In this document: positions 7,890 to 15,850 of the stretch, piece after piece
Position numbering within the stretch: position 1 is the first letter of the stretch
How the letters are laid out: every line of letters starts with the position of its first letter
Origin: Geotalea daltonii FRC-32
GTDB lineage: Bacteria; Desulfobacterota; Desulfuromonadia; Geobacterales; Geobacteraceae
DNA: 32,000 nt
NCBI RefSeq assembly: GCF_000022265.1
Contig: NC_011979.1
Location: 3,000,001 to 3,032,000 of the forward strand
Reading direction: 5' to 3'
Translations under genes and position numbers: made by a program
Notes under the pieces: generated by a model
Seen by the model: only the letters and a program-made list of their open reading frames with translations
Database searches by the model: none
Told to the model about the DNA's origin: nothing

Positions 7890-8162
7890 ATGATCTTCTC
7901 AATTAGCTGTATTCGTGACATTGTCGGTTATCGCATTGATGTGCAGGTTAAGGCTGAGGGATCAGAAGCAATTACTCTGGTTAGTACCAGTTACGAAGGT
8001 TCTTCGTTGGCTGACGACCAATTATCTCCACCAGAAGTTCAGTATCAACGCATTTTTTCACAGGTTGGCGGATATACGCCGGGAGTGGAACGCACGGTTA
8101 AGGTAACAGCGACCACCGATGCCGGCAAACAAAAAACAGCAAGTAAAAGGTGGCAAGATTAG
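7890..8162 (+). CDS. Hypothetical 90-aa protein
   Basis: ATG with AGGAG (7879-7883) 6 nt upstream. Beta-strand-like composition (RIDVQVKAEGSEAITLVSTSYEG..., ERTVKVTATTDAG). No family recognised. Confidence 0.5.
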   Translation: MIFSISCIRDIVGYRIDVQVKAEGSEAITLVSTSYEGSSLADDQLSPPEVQYQRIFSQVGGYTPGVERTVKVTATTDAGKQKTASKRWQD

Positions 8163-8249
8163 CCATTATTCAGGAAGTAACGCAGGGGAACAGGTATACC
8201 AATGATGGTTTATAGTTGCCCTCGCGCAATCACTCATAAGGAGATACCC

Positions 8250-9122
8250 ATGCTGTTCACCTGCAACCACTGCGGTTTTTCCCGGGAATTCCCCGATTCT
8301 TATGCCGGCAAGTCTGGCAAATGCCCCCAATGCAAAGAGGCCGTCACTTTGCCGCCGCTTGCCGCCGCTTCAACCGATCCCGCACCAGCCGTCCAGGCAG
8401 CACCTGCGCCGGTAGCCGCCGCGACCCAGACCCAGGGGCGCTACTCATTGGCGGAATTCGTCAAGAAGTCGGCCCAGAAAGACCGCAAGGAGGGGGTCTT
8501 CGAACTGGAGAGCCCGCAGATGCTGGAGATTAACCTGAATGGCATGGTCTGGACGAAGATGGGTTCCATGGTGGCCTACAACGGTTCCATCAAGTTCACC
8601 CGCGAAGGGGTTCTGAACGGCGGCCTCGGCAACCTGTTGAAGAAATCGGTGAGCGGAGAGGGTGCCAAACTCACTAAGGCGGAGGGGAAGGGGGCGCTCT
8701 ACCTTGCCGACAGCGGCAAGAAGATCTCCATCATCCATCTGCAGGGGGAATCCCTTGTGGTCAACGGCAACGACCTGCTCGCCTTTGAAAGCAGCATCAG
8801 TTCCGATGTTACCATGGTCAAATCCCTGGCAGGGGCCATGGCCGGGGGCCTTTTCAACGTTACCCTGAGCGGCAACGGTTTGATCGCCATTACTACCCAT
8901 CACGACCCTCTCACCTTACAGGTCGCCCCCAACAAACCTGTCTTTACCGATCCCAACGCCACCGTGGCCTGGTCCGGCAGCCTCAAACCGGAGTTTAAGA
9001 CCGACACATCGCTGAAGACCTTCATCGGTCGGGGAAGCGGCGAGTCTTTGCAGATGAAGTTTCAGGGGGTGGGCTTTGTCGTGGTGCAGCCTTTCGAGGA
9101 AGTGACCATGCAGCATGCATAG
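8250..9122 (+). CDS. AIM24 (DUF124) family protein with an N-terminal zinc ribbon and an Ala/Pro-rich linker
   Basis: ORF track 8202..9122. The ATG at 8250 follows AAGGAG (8239-8244). Zinc ribbon CNHCGFS...CPQCKE. The AIM24-like body is LEINLNGMVWTKMGSMVAYNGSIKF...ALYLADSGKKISIIHLQGESLVVNGNDLLAFESSI...GLFNVTLSGNGLIAITTHHDP...GESLQMKFQGVGFVVVQP. Confidence 0.75.
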   Translation: MLFTCNHCGFSREFPDSYAGKSGKCPQCKEAVTLPPLAAASTDPAPAVQAAPAPVAAATQTQGRYSLAEFVKKSAQKDRKEGVFELESPQMLEINLNGMVWTKMGSMVAYNGSIKFTREGVLNGGLGNLLKKSVSGEGAKLTKAEGKGALYLADSGKKISIIHLQGESLVVNGNDLLAFESSISSDVTMVKSLAGAMAGGLFNVTLSGNGLIAITTHHDPLTLQVAPNKPVFTDPNATVAWSGSLKPEFKTDTSLKTFIGRGSGESLQMKFQGVGFVVVQPFEEVTMQHA

Positions 9123-9274
9123 CTATGAGCCGGTTTAAGGGCGGGTGACCGGCGAACCATCAATAGGAGGTTCAATTGACAAGAAAACTTTAGGTCTGAT
9201 CCAGATTCCCCGAACGTACCATTGAGCATGACCTCACGCTTCTGGAGCGGTTTCAGGAGTTCTCGGCGGAACTG

Positions 9275-9652
9275 TTGCGGGTTGACCTTATCGGAATATC
9301 CGCCATTGGATTTGTCGTTGCCCGAATTGTTTTTCCTGAAAAAGACTCCCGTTCTGTGGTCATTCCTCAAACTCCCAAGTGGCTATTGATCGCTGCATTG
9401 ATTTCTTTAGGACTCTCAGCGGCAGCGGCGCTTGCCCACAGGTATTACTCGGCTGACAGCATGTCATGGCATCTTCAGGCCATGCGGCGGTATGAGCGAA
9501 GTGCCGAAACTGACATTGCGACAGTCAATGCCGAATTTAAAGCACGCCACAGACAGTTTACCATTTCGAAGTATTCAATAGCTTTTTCTGCTATCGCCCT
9601 CGGCCTCGGCGCAGCACTTCTCATTGCCGCAATTATCTTCTCGCTTGTCTGA
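9275..9652 (+). CDS. Hypothetical membrane protein, start codon uncertain
   Basis: ORF track start is TTG 9275. The frame is open from 9200 but has no ATG or GTG before 9350. Hydrophobic helices WLLIAALISLGLSAAAALA and YSIAFSAIALGLGAALLIAAIIFSLV. Confidence 0.35.
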   Translation: MRVDLIGISAIGFVVARIVFPEKDSRSVVIPQTPKWLLIAALISLGLSAAAALAHRYYSADSMSWHLQAMRRYERSAETDIATVNAEFKARHRQFTISKYSIAFSAIALGLGAALLIAAIIFSLV

Positions 9653-9791
9653 AAAGAGGAGGCCCCAATCGGCCATTAAGCACATTCGCGGTTTTTACGA
9701 CGAGATTTTATCTTGCACCGAGTCACAAAGAGTAGCAATTTATGGCAGATCTGAAGTTTAGAAGTGATCCCATCAAAGAGGGGACTGGTTT

Positions 9792-11636
9792 ATGAGTGTC
9801 ATTTATCTGCTGGTATCCGCTCTCTGCGTCCTAGCCCTGGCCTACCGTTACTATTCGGCCTTCATTGCCGCGAAGGTGTTGATGCTGGACGACCGCAATG
9901 TTACGCCCGCCGTTAGCTGCAATGACGGCAAGGACTATGTGCCGACCAACAAGTGGGTTGTTTTCGGCCACCATTTTGCGGCCATCGCGGGGGCCGGGCC
10001 GCTGATCGGGCCCACACTGGCAGCCCAGTATGGTTGGGGGCCCGGATTTTTCTGGATTCTGCTGGGATCTGTTTTTGCCGGCTGCGTCCACGACATGGTC
10101 ATCCTCTTTGCCTCGATCCGCCATCAGGGGCAGTCCCTGTCGGTGATCGCGAAAAGGGATGTGAGCAGGCTGACCGGCATCACCACCGCCTTCGTCACCC
10201 TGTTTATCATTATCGTTGCCTTGGCCGGACTGGCCGTGGCCGTCGCCAACGCCCTTTACAACAACCCCTGGGGCGTATTCACCATCGGCATGACCATTCC
10301 CATAGCCATGGTGGTGGGGGTCTACATGTTCAAGGTCAGGCCCGGAGCGATCCTGTCGGGGACGGTCTTCGGCGTGATCGCCGTCCTTGCCGCCGTCTAT
10401 TTCGGGGCGCCCCTTGCCCAATCCTCCATCGCCCCCTGGTTCACCTTCAGCAAGGAGAGCCTTTCCATCATCCTGCCGGTCTACGGTTTCTGCGCCGCGG
10501 CGCTGCCCGTATGGCTTTTGCTGGCACCGCGGGATTATCTCAGCACCTATATGAAGATCGCCGTTATCGGCGGGTTGGCACTGGGGCTTCTCCTCGTCAA
10601 CCCCACCGTGCAGATGCCCTTTGTCACCCGGTTCATCAGCGGCAGCGGCCCGATCATCCCCGGCCCGGTCTGGCCTTATGTATTCATCACCATCGCCTGT
10701 GGCGCCATTTCCGGGTTCCATGCCCTGATCGGTTCCGGCACCACCCCGAAAATGCTGGAAAAGGAAACGGAGGTGCGCATGGTCTCCTACGGCGCCATGC
10801 TTACCGAAGCCTTCATCGGCCTGATGGCGCTCCTGGCTGCGGTGACACTGGTTCCCAATGATTACTTTGCCATCAACACTTCTTCGGCGGCCTTTGCCAA
10901 GCTCAACATGCCGGTGAAAAACCTCCCCGAGTTGTGCAGCCTGGTGGGGCTGGATGTTGCCCACCGTCCCGGCGGAGCCATCTCCCTGGCTGTAAGCACG
11001 GCGTACATCTTCTCCAGTATTGGTGAAGGTCTGCAGCACACCATGAAGTACTGGTTCCAGTTCATCATCATGTTCGAGGCGCTCTTCATCCTGACCACAA
11101 TCGACGCGGGAACCCGGGTGGCGCGGTACATCCTGCAGGATATCCTGGGGCATCTCCATGCCCCGTTCAAACAGACCAACTGGATACCGGGTGTCATCCT
11201 GACGAGCGGTGCCGTCTCCTTTGCCTGGGGGTATATCCTCTACACCGGTGATGTATCCTCCATCTGGCCCATGTTCGGGGTAACGAACCAGACGCTGGCA
11301 GCGCTGGCGCTGGCTATCGGGACGACGATCATACTCCGTATTTCTGCCAAGAAGCATTATGCGCTTATCACGGCCCTGCCCTGTGCCTTCATCACGGTGA
11401 CGACCTTTGCGGCAGGGTTCATGAACATCAAGCTCTACCTGGCCAAAGGGATGATGCTCAATACGGTTCTCAGCATCGTCATCATTGCCCTGGTGACAGT
11501 CATCATCGTGGACAATGTGCGCGTCTGGCTGACGCTCCTCAAGACGGCTAAGCCGGTCGGCATGAATGACGAGCGGGAGAAAATATACTGTCCGGTCGTT
11601 TCCCCTCACGCACCTGATGATCTGCCCCTTGCGTGA
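9792..11636 (+). CDS. cstA: Carbon starvation protein A (peptide/pyruvate transporter family)
   Basis: 614-aa polytopic ORF. N-terminus YRYYSAFIAAKVLMLDD...TPA...DGKDYVPTNKWVVFGHHFAAIAGAGPLIGPTLAAQYGWGPGFFWILLGSVFAGCVHDM is the classic CstA signature. Confidence 0.95.
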   Translation: MSVIYLLVSALCVLALAYRYYSAFIAAKVLMLDDRNVTPAVSCNDGKDYVPTNKWVVFGHHFAAIAGAGPLIGPTLAAQYGWGPGFFWILLGSVFAGCVHDMVILFASIRHQGQSLSVIAKRDVSRLTGITTAFVTLFIIIVALAGLAVAVANALYNNPWGVFTIGMTIPIAMVVGVYMFKVRPGAILSGTVFGVIAVLAAVYFGAPLAQSSIAPWFTFSKESLSIILPVYGFCAAALPVWLLLAPRDYLSTYMKIAVIGGLALGLLLVNPTVQMPFVTRFISGSGPIIPGPVWPYVFITIACGAISGFHALIGSGTTPKMLEKETEVRMVSYGAMLTEAFIGLMALLAAVTLVPNDYFAINTSSAAFAKLNMPVKNLPELCSLVGLDVAHRPGGAISLAVSTAYIFSSIGEGLQHTMKYWFQFIIMFEALFILTTIDAGTRVARYILQDILGHLHAPFKQTNWIPGVILTSGAVSFAWGYILYTGDVSSIWPMFGVTNQTLAALALAIGTTIILRISAKKHYALITALPCAFITVTTFAAGFMNIKLYLAKGMMLNTVLSIVIIALVTVIIVDNVRVWLTLLKTAKPVGMNDEREKIYCPVVSPHAPDDLPLA

Positions 11637-11820
11637 GAAAAAGGCACTATACAAGGTGCTGCCGCTTCGGCTTGGCGCTTTCAGAAAAATATTCGGCAAC
11701 TCGATCGTACTGCGCAAGACACTGCCCGAGCTCAAAAATAGCCTCTTTTTCTTTTCTTGCGGGCATACTTGGCGGGCCTGAGTGCCCCCTGTCTCATTTG
11801 CTCCCTTTCCTTTTTAACTC

Positions 11821-13161
11821 CTACCGCTCCCTGCTTCGCCGCCGACCGAGCTTGGGAGCGGGGCGCTCTATGGCGGCCTTTTTCCGGCTGAGAGAAGAGG
11901 CTTTCGATGGAGACTTCGACTCCTTTGCCGGAGATTTCGCCTGCTTCGCCGGTATTGCCTCTCTCTTCCTGGCCTTTGATGGTCCCTTGTCCGACTTGAT
12001 TTTGTTGGCGCCACTCCGTTTGACTGCATACTGGGGAAATTCCGCCAGCGTTTGGAGCGGAATGGCATACTTGAGGAGCTTCTCAATTGCCTTCAGCAGC
12101 GGTTGTTCTTCATGGCTCACCAGCGAAAGGGCTATCCCTTCTTTTCCGGCCCGGCCGGTACGGCCGATGCGATGCACATAGTCTTCCGGAACCTGGGGAA
12201 GGTCGTAGTTTACCACATGGGGCAGCTGCTCGATGTCGAGCCCGCGGGCTGCCACGTCGGTTGCTACCAACACGCGAAATTCGCCACGCCTGAATTCGGC
12301 CAGGGTGCGGTTCCGAATGGACTGGCTCTTGTTGCTGTGGATGGCGGCAGCCTTTATTCCATCATAGAGCAATTCTTCGGTCAGTTTATCTGCGCCGTAG
12401 CGGGTGCGGGCAAAGACCAGTACCTGGTTCCATTTCCCCCTGCTGATGAGAAACGAAAGCATCTCCCGCTTGCGGCTCTTTTCAACCTGATAGATCGCCT
12501 GGGTCACAGCGTCGGCAGCGATATTGCTGCGCGCTACCTCTATGCGCCGCGGCTTGTTGAGCAGTTCGTCGGCAAGCTGCTTGATGCTTTGGGAATAGGT
12601 GGCCGAAAAGAGCAGCGTCTGGCGTTTCACCGGCAGATACTCTGCCACTTTCTGGATGGCGTCGATGAATCCAAGATCGAGCATCCGGTCGGCCTCGTCA
12701 AGGACCAGGAACTTGATCCGGGAAAGGTTTACCGTCCCCCGCTCCGCATGATCCAGCAGTCGCCCGGGCGTGGCGACGACAATATCGACTCCTCGGTGCA
12801 GCCTCTCGATCTGGGCCTGAATATTTACTCCGCCATAGATCATGGTGGAGCGAAGCGACAGGCGCCGGGCGTAGTTGTTCATCTGTTCGCTGACCTGGGC
12901 AGCCAACTCGCGGGTTGGAACCAGAACCAGGGCGCGTGGCCGACGACGCTTTTCCGGGGGAATGTTTTCGCCCAGCATTTGTACGATCGGCAAGGCAAAG
13001 GCAGCTGTTTTGCCGGTGCCGGTCTGGGCGCCGGCAAGCAGGTCGCATCCCTCAAAGATAACCGGGATCGCTTGTGTTTGGATGGGGGTCGGCATGGTGT
13101 ACCCCTGGCTGGCAATGGCAGTCAACAGTTCGACGCGCAGGCCGAGAGAATCAAAGGACAT
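11821..13161 (-). CDS. rhlE: DEAD-box ATP-dependent RNA helicase (RhlE-like) with a Lys/Arg-rich C-terminal tail
   Basis: ORF track 11821..13215. The ATG at 13161 (MSFDSLGL) follows AGGAG. Motifs: Q-motif TPIQ, Walker [26 protein letters not shown]. Basic tail [25 protein letters not shown]...RRRSRER. Confidence 0.92.
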   Translation of the reverse strand: MSFDSLGLRVELLTAIASQGYTMPTPIQTQAIPVIFEGCDLLAGAQTGTGKTAAFALPIVQMLGENIPPEKRRRPRALVLVPTRELAAQVSEQMNNYARRLSLRSTMIYGGVNIQAQIERLHRGVDIVVATPGRLLDHAERGTVNLSRIKFLVLDEADRMLDLGFIDAIQKVAEYLPVKRQTLLFSATYSQSIKQLADELLNKPRRIEVARSNIAADAVTQAIYQVEKSRKREMLSFLISRGKWNQVLVFARTRYGADKLTEELLYDGIKAAAIHSNKSQSIRNRTLAEFRRGEFRVLVATDVAARGLDIEQLPHVVNYDLPQVPEDYVHRIGRTGRAGKEGIALSLVSHEEQPLLKAIEKLLKYAIPLQTLAEFPQYAVKRSGANKIKSDKGPSKARKREAIPAKQAKSPAKESKSPSKASSLSRKKAAIERPAPKLGRRRSRER

Positions 13162-13200
13162 GTATCGTACTCCTGAATGTAAGCGTGGCAGCTTGACTGG

Positions 13201-13232
13201 GAAAACAAAAACCACAGGCAGAACCTGTGGTT
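13201..13232 (-). promoter_or_regulatory. Terminator-like hairpin plus U-tract inside the rhlE 5' leader
   Basis: Minus strand reads AACCACAGG-UUCUG-CCUGUGGUU followed by UUUGUUUUC. It lies about 40-70 nt upstream of the rhlE ATG (13161), and no upstream minus-strand gene is available for it to terminate. Confidence 0.4.
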
Positions 13233-13358
13233 CGAAAGTATTTCATGTATAGCACGTCATCCCCTGTGGCGACAATGTCTTTCATGGCCAGATTTATTTG
13301 GGTGGGTTTGAATTCATCCAGCCACAGTGGTATTCTTTTTTCAGATATCGAGGTGACA

Positions 13359-13712
13359 ATGAATGGCATCATTTTCGTTTACAACGCCGACAGCGGCCTT
13401 TTCAACACCCTCACCGACATTGCCCATAAGGTGTTTTCACCAGAAACCTATTCATGCAACCTCTGCGCAATTACCTACGGCAACTTCGGCATGCGACAGG
13501 AGTGGAAGGAATTCCTGGAGACGCTGGAGATACCCATGCAGTTTCTCCACCGCGACGAGTTCCATGAGCGTTACGGGATGCAGGGACTGGCACTGCCGGC
13601 GGTGCTGTTGCAGGAAGGGGAACAGCTTCGCCTGCTTGTTTCGGCAGACGAAATTGGCCGATGTGCCGATATGGCGGATCTGAAGGGGCTGTTGCAGGAA
13701 AAATTGAAGTAG
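13359..13712 (+). CDS. Conserved-looking hypothetical protein (117 aa) with a CxxC motif
   Basis: ORF track 13227..13712. The ATG at 13359 follows GAGGTG (13350-13355). The sequence MNGIIFVYNADSGLFNTLTDIAHKVFSPETYSCNLCAITYG contains CNLC. A strong terminator follows. Confidence 0.6.
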   Translation: MNGIIFVYNADSGLFNTLTDIAHKVFSPETYSCNLCAITYGNFGMRQEWKEFLETLEIPMQFLHRDEFHERYGMQGLALPAVLLQEGEQLRLLVSADEIGRCADMADLKGLLQEKLK

Positions 13713-13730
13713 TACATGTTGATTCGAGAG

Positions 13731-13776
13731 AGGACAGGCTGTCTTATCTCAGGTAAGAATGCAGCCTGTCCTTTTC
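13731..13776 (+). terminator. Rho-independent terminator
   Basis: AGGACAGGCTG (13731-13741) pairs with CAGCCTGTCCT (13762-13772), followed by TTTC. It sits between convergent genes. Confidence 0.7.
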
Positions 13777-13809
13777 AATATTTGCGGCGCTAAACCGGTG
13801 CGCTCAGCA

Positions 13810-14481
13810 TCAAACGTCAACCAGCTCCTTTTCCAACTCCTCCGTCCCCGCAACCTCCCAAAGGTTTCCTCCTCCATCTGACGGAATGCGGCGAGCTCCA
13901 AGGAAGCGGGAGAGGAAATAGGGGGTATCTACTCTGGAAATCATCACTCTCCCACCTTCGGAAGAGGCGTGAATCATCAGTTCGTTGCCGATATAGATCC
14001 CGACATGGGAAGGGAAGCCTGCATATGTACGATAAAAGAGAAGGTCACCCTTCTGCAGCTCTCCGGGTGCCACATCTTTCCCAAGTGCATACTGCTCTCG
14101 CGCCGTTCGCGGCAGCGACAGACTTTGAGATGCAAATACCTTTCTCACGAAAGCGGAGCAATCGATACCGGCATAGCTGCTTCCTCCGAAACGGTACCTG
14201 ATCCCGAGGAGACCGAAAGCCTTTTGCAGCACTGCGTTTTCCTGGGGTTCCAATTCCGATACGAGATATTGTTCTTCCAAATGCAAGGGACGCTGACGGG
14301 AATCATTGTGTGAAATCTTTCTGGATGGCTGCTTCATTTTGACAGCAACAGCTTTTTTCTTGCTGGCGGCTGCTACTTTTTTCTCCTTGATGCGGGCAGC
14401 TTCACTGTTGGACACTACAACCAGAAACGAAAAAACCATGAACAGGGAGAAGAGCAGAAGCAAGCGATGACGAATCGACAT
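13810..14481 (-). CDS. NlpC/P60 (C40) family peptidoglycan endopeptidase, secreted
   Basis: 223-aa ORF with GGAGGTG upstream of the ATG at 14481. Signal peptide MSIRHRLLLLFSLFMVFSFLVVVSNSEA. Catalytic Cys context GIDCSAFV, His context PSHVGIYIG, then MIHAS. Confidence 0.85.
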   Translation of the reverse strand: MSIRHRLLLLFSLFMVFSFLVVVSNSEAARIKEKKVAAASKKKAVAVKMKQPSRKISHNDSRQRPLHLEEQYLVSELEPQENAVLQKAFGLLGIRYRFGGSSYAGIDCSAFVRKVFASQSLSLPRTAREQYALGKDVAPGELQKGDLLFYRTYAGFPSHVGIYIGNELMIHASSEGGRVMISRVDTPYFLSRFLGARRIPSDGGGNLWEVAGTEELEKELVDV

Positions 14482-14556
14482 GGTGCAACACCTCCATTTG
14501 TTATTCCAGCGGCCAGAACTCTTTAATCACCTCCTTGCCCGCTTTTCAATCCGCTG

Positions 14557-14605
14557 TAAAAAAGAAAGCCGGGTGCCGGAAATGTGATATTTCGGCAGCC
14601 CGGCT
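14557..14605 (-). terminator. Intrinsic terminator located within the NlpC/P60 leader (candidate expression platform)
   Basis: Minus strand reads AGCCGGGCUGCCG - 13-nt loop - CGGCACCCGGCU followed by UUCUUUUUU. It lies about 75-125 nt upstream of the NlpC/P60 ATG. Confidence 0.65.
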
Positions 14606-14665
14606 GTCTACAGGAGACCCATGGGTTTTCCGCCCCATTCTCGCGAATGGTTTAGTATTGTCGTC
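14557..14665 (-). promoter_or_regulatory. Structured 5' leader / candidate riboswitch or attenuator upstream of the NlpC/P60 gene
   Basis: The minus-strand RNA contains three elements. First, a perfect 6-bp hairpin with a GNRA loop, CCAUUC-GCGA-GAAUGG (14635-14650). Second, the palindrome ACCCAUGGGU (14617-14626). Third, a terminator whose 5' arm AGCCGGGCUGCCGA resembles the 3' core of GEMM-I RNAs. The outer P1 helix is not convincing. Confidence 0.4.
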
Positions 14666-14870
14666 TATCGTGAAAATTTTTAATCTATGTGCAAGATGAA
14701 TTCCCTCTTTTTCGAATTACAGATAATTTACTGAGATTACTTAATTTTTTTCCTGTCATTTTTCGACCTGAGATATCTTTGATAGACAAACAGCTACCTA
14801 ATAGGTCCCATCTCTGACAAAAAATGTCACAAATGAGGAGCCATTAGAGCCATTAGAAGTGTTTTCAATC

Positions 14871-15611
14871 TCACATCCCTGCATGCCTGGGCTGCGCTTT
14901 TCTGCGACTCATGGCTACTGCGCCAATGGCGATGGCTCCGATACCCAGAGCAGTACGAACTGTCGGAGTCGGCATCCACTTCATGGCTGTGAGCATGGCC
15001 TTGGGCGGCTCATTCCGCTGGGGCGCCGAAGCTGCATGAGCAGGCGCCCGCTCTGCATAGGGGGCGGCACCGGAGAATGCATCTATAATCGCCGGAACAA
15101 AATCCATCAAGTCTTGCGGGCCTCTGCTGGTAATAAGGTTACCGTCGCGGACCACGGCTTGATCGAGCCAGATCGCTCCTGCATTTACCACGTCATCGCG
15201 AATACCTGGCCACGAAGTTATGGTCCGACCCCGCAGCATACCTGCCGATGCCAGTACCCATGCCCCATGACAAATGGTGGCAATGGGCTTGCCGGATACA
15301 TCGAATGAATGGACGAACTCTCTTGCTTCCGCAGACTGGCGAAGCAGGTCAGGATTGATGAAGCCGCCGGGGATGAATATACCCTCATAGTTCTTGGGAT
15401 CGGCCTCTTGCACAGTCATGGTTACCTGAACCTTTCCGGCAGGCTCATGCATGTTCACACCTCTGATACGACCTGGCCTGAGCGAAACTACATCTACCGT
15501 TGCCCCTGCAAGCCGGAGCGCTTTCAGGGGGACCTCCAGTTCCACCTTTTCAAAGCCATCTGCGGCAAGTAATGCGATGCGATGGCCATCAAGCCTGGTG
15601 CTTTCGATCAT
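14871..15611 (-). CDS. DJ-1/PfpI family protein (class I glutamine-amidotransferase-like) with a C-terminal hydrophobic tail
   Basis: 246-aa ORF with GGAGG upstream. Nucleophile elbow IATICHGAWVL. Also FIPGG and LITSRGPQDL. The extra ~60 aa end with ALGIGAIAIGAVAM followed by RRK. Confidence 0.85.
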   Translation of the reverse strand: MIESTRLDGHRIALLAADGFEKVELEVPLKALRLAGATVDVVSLRPGRIRGVNMHEPAGKVQVTMTVQEADPKNYEGIFIPGGFINPDLLRQSAEAREFVHSFDVSGKPIATICHGAWVLASAGMLRGRTITSWPGIRDDVVNAGAIWLDQAVVRDGNLITSRGPQDLMDFVPAIIDAFSGAAPYAERAPAHAASAPQRNEPPKAMLTAMKWMPTPTVRTALGIGAIAIGAVAMSRRKAQPRHAGM

Positions 15612-15850
15612 GGTAACCTCCTTTTGTGGGTATCACTTAAATTTTCTTTCACCATTTAAACATGTCAAGGGATCGCCAATATATCTGCCCAGCGTCAAGC
15701 ATTCGCAACCACACATTCTTTAGCAGGAAGGCCCTCTTGTCAGTCCTTGCATGCATGTTAGTATTTATTTACAAAACTGTCATTATGTGGAATAAAGACA
15801 GTTCCCACCAGGCGGCCTGTAATAATCACTTTTGCGGATGGAGGTTTAAA

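Noticed and set aside
9831-11735. 634-aa ORF antisense to the whole of cstA
   Set aside because: It is a shadow ORF. Composition is extreme (Gly/Asp/Arg/Pro/His-rich) with no motifs. The plus-strand product is an unmistakable CstA, so the antisense frame stays open only because of the sense-strand codon bias.
11647-11766. 39-codon minus-strand ORF (MPARKEKEAIFELGQCLAQYDRVAEYFSESAKPKRQHLV) downstream of rhlE
   Set aside because: There is no SD within range of its ATG and no recognisable family, so the evidence is insufficient.
11633-12181. Possible YbdD/YjiX-like (DUF466) small partner gene downstream of cstA
   Set aside because: None of the three plus-strand frames in 11637-11820 shows the DUF466 pattern. 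The listed 182-aa ORF mostly overlaps the rhlE 3' end in antisense.
12052-13176. 374-aa ORF antisense to the DEAD-box helicase gene
   Set aside because: Same shadow-ORF logic. The minus strand carries every helicase motif ([25 protein letters not shown]).
14557-14665. Calling the NlpC/P60 leader a bona fide c-di-GMP-I/cGAMP (GEMM-I) riboswitch
   Set aside because: Only the central and 3' core segments resemble the consensus as I remember it. P1 cannot be formed convincingly and the second hairpin is very short. It is kept as a candidate only, pending a covariance-model search.
14859-15308. 149-aa plus-strand ORF
   Set aside because: It is antisense to the well-supported DJ-1/PfpI gene.
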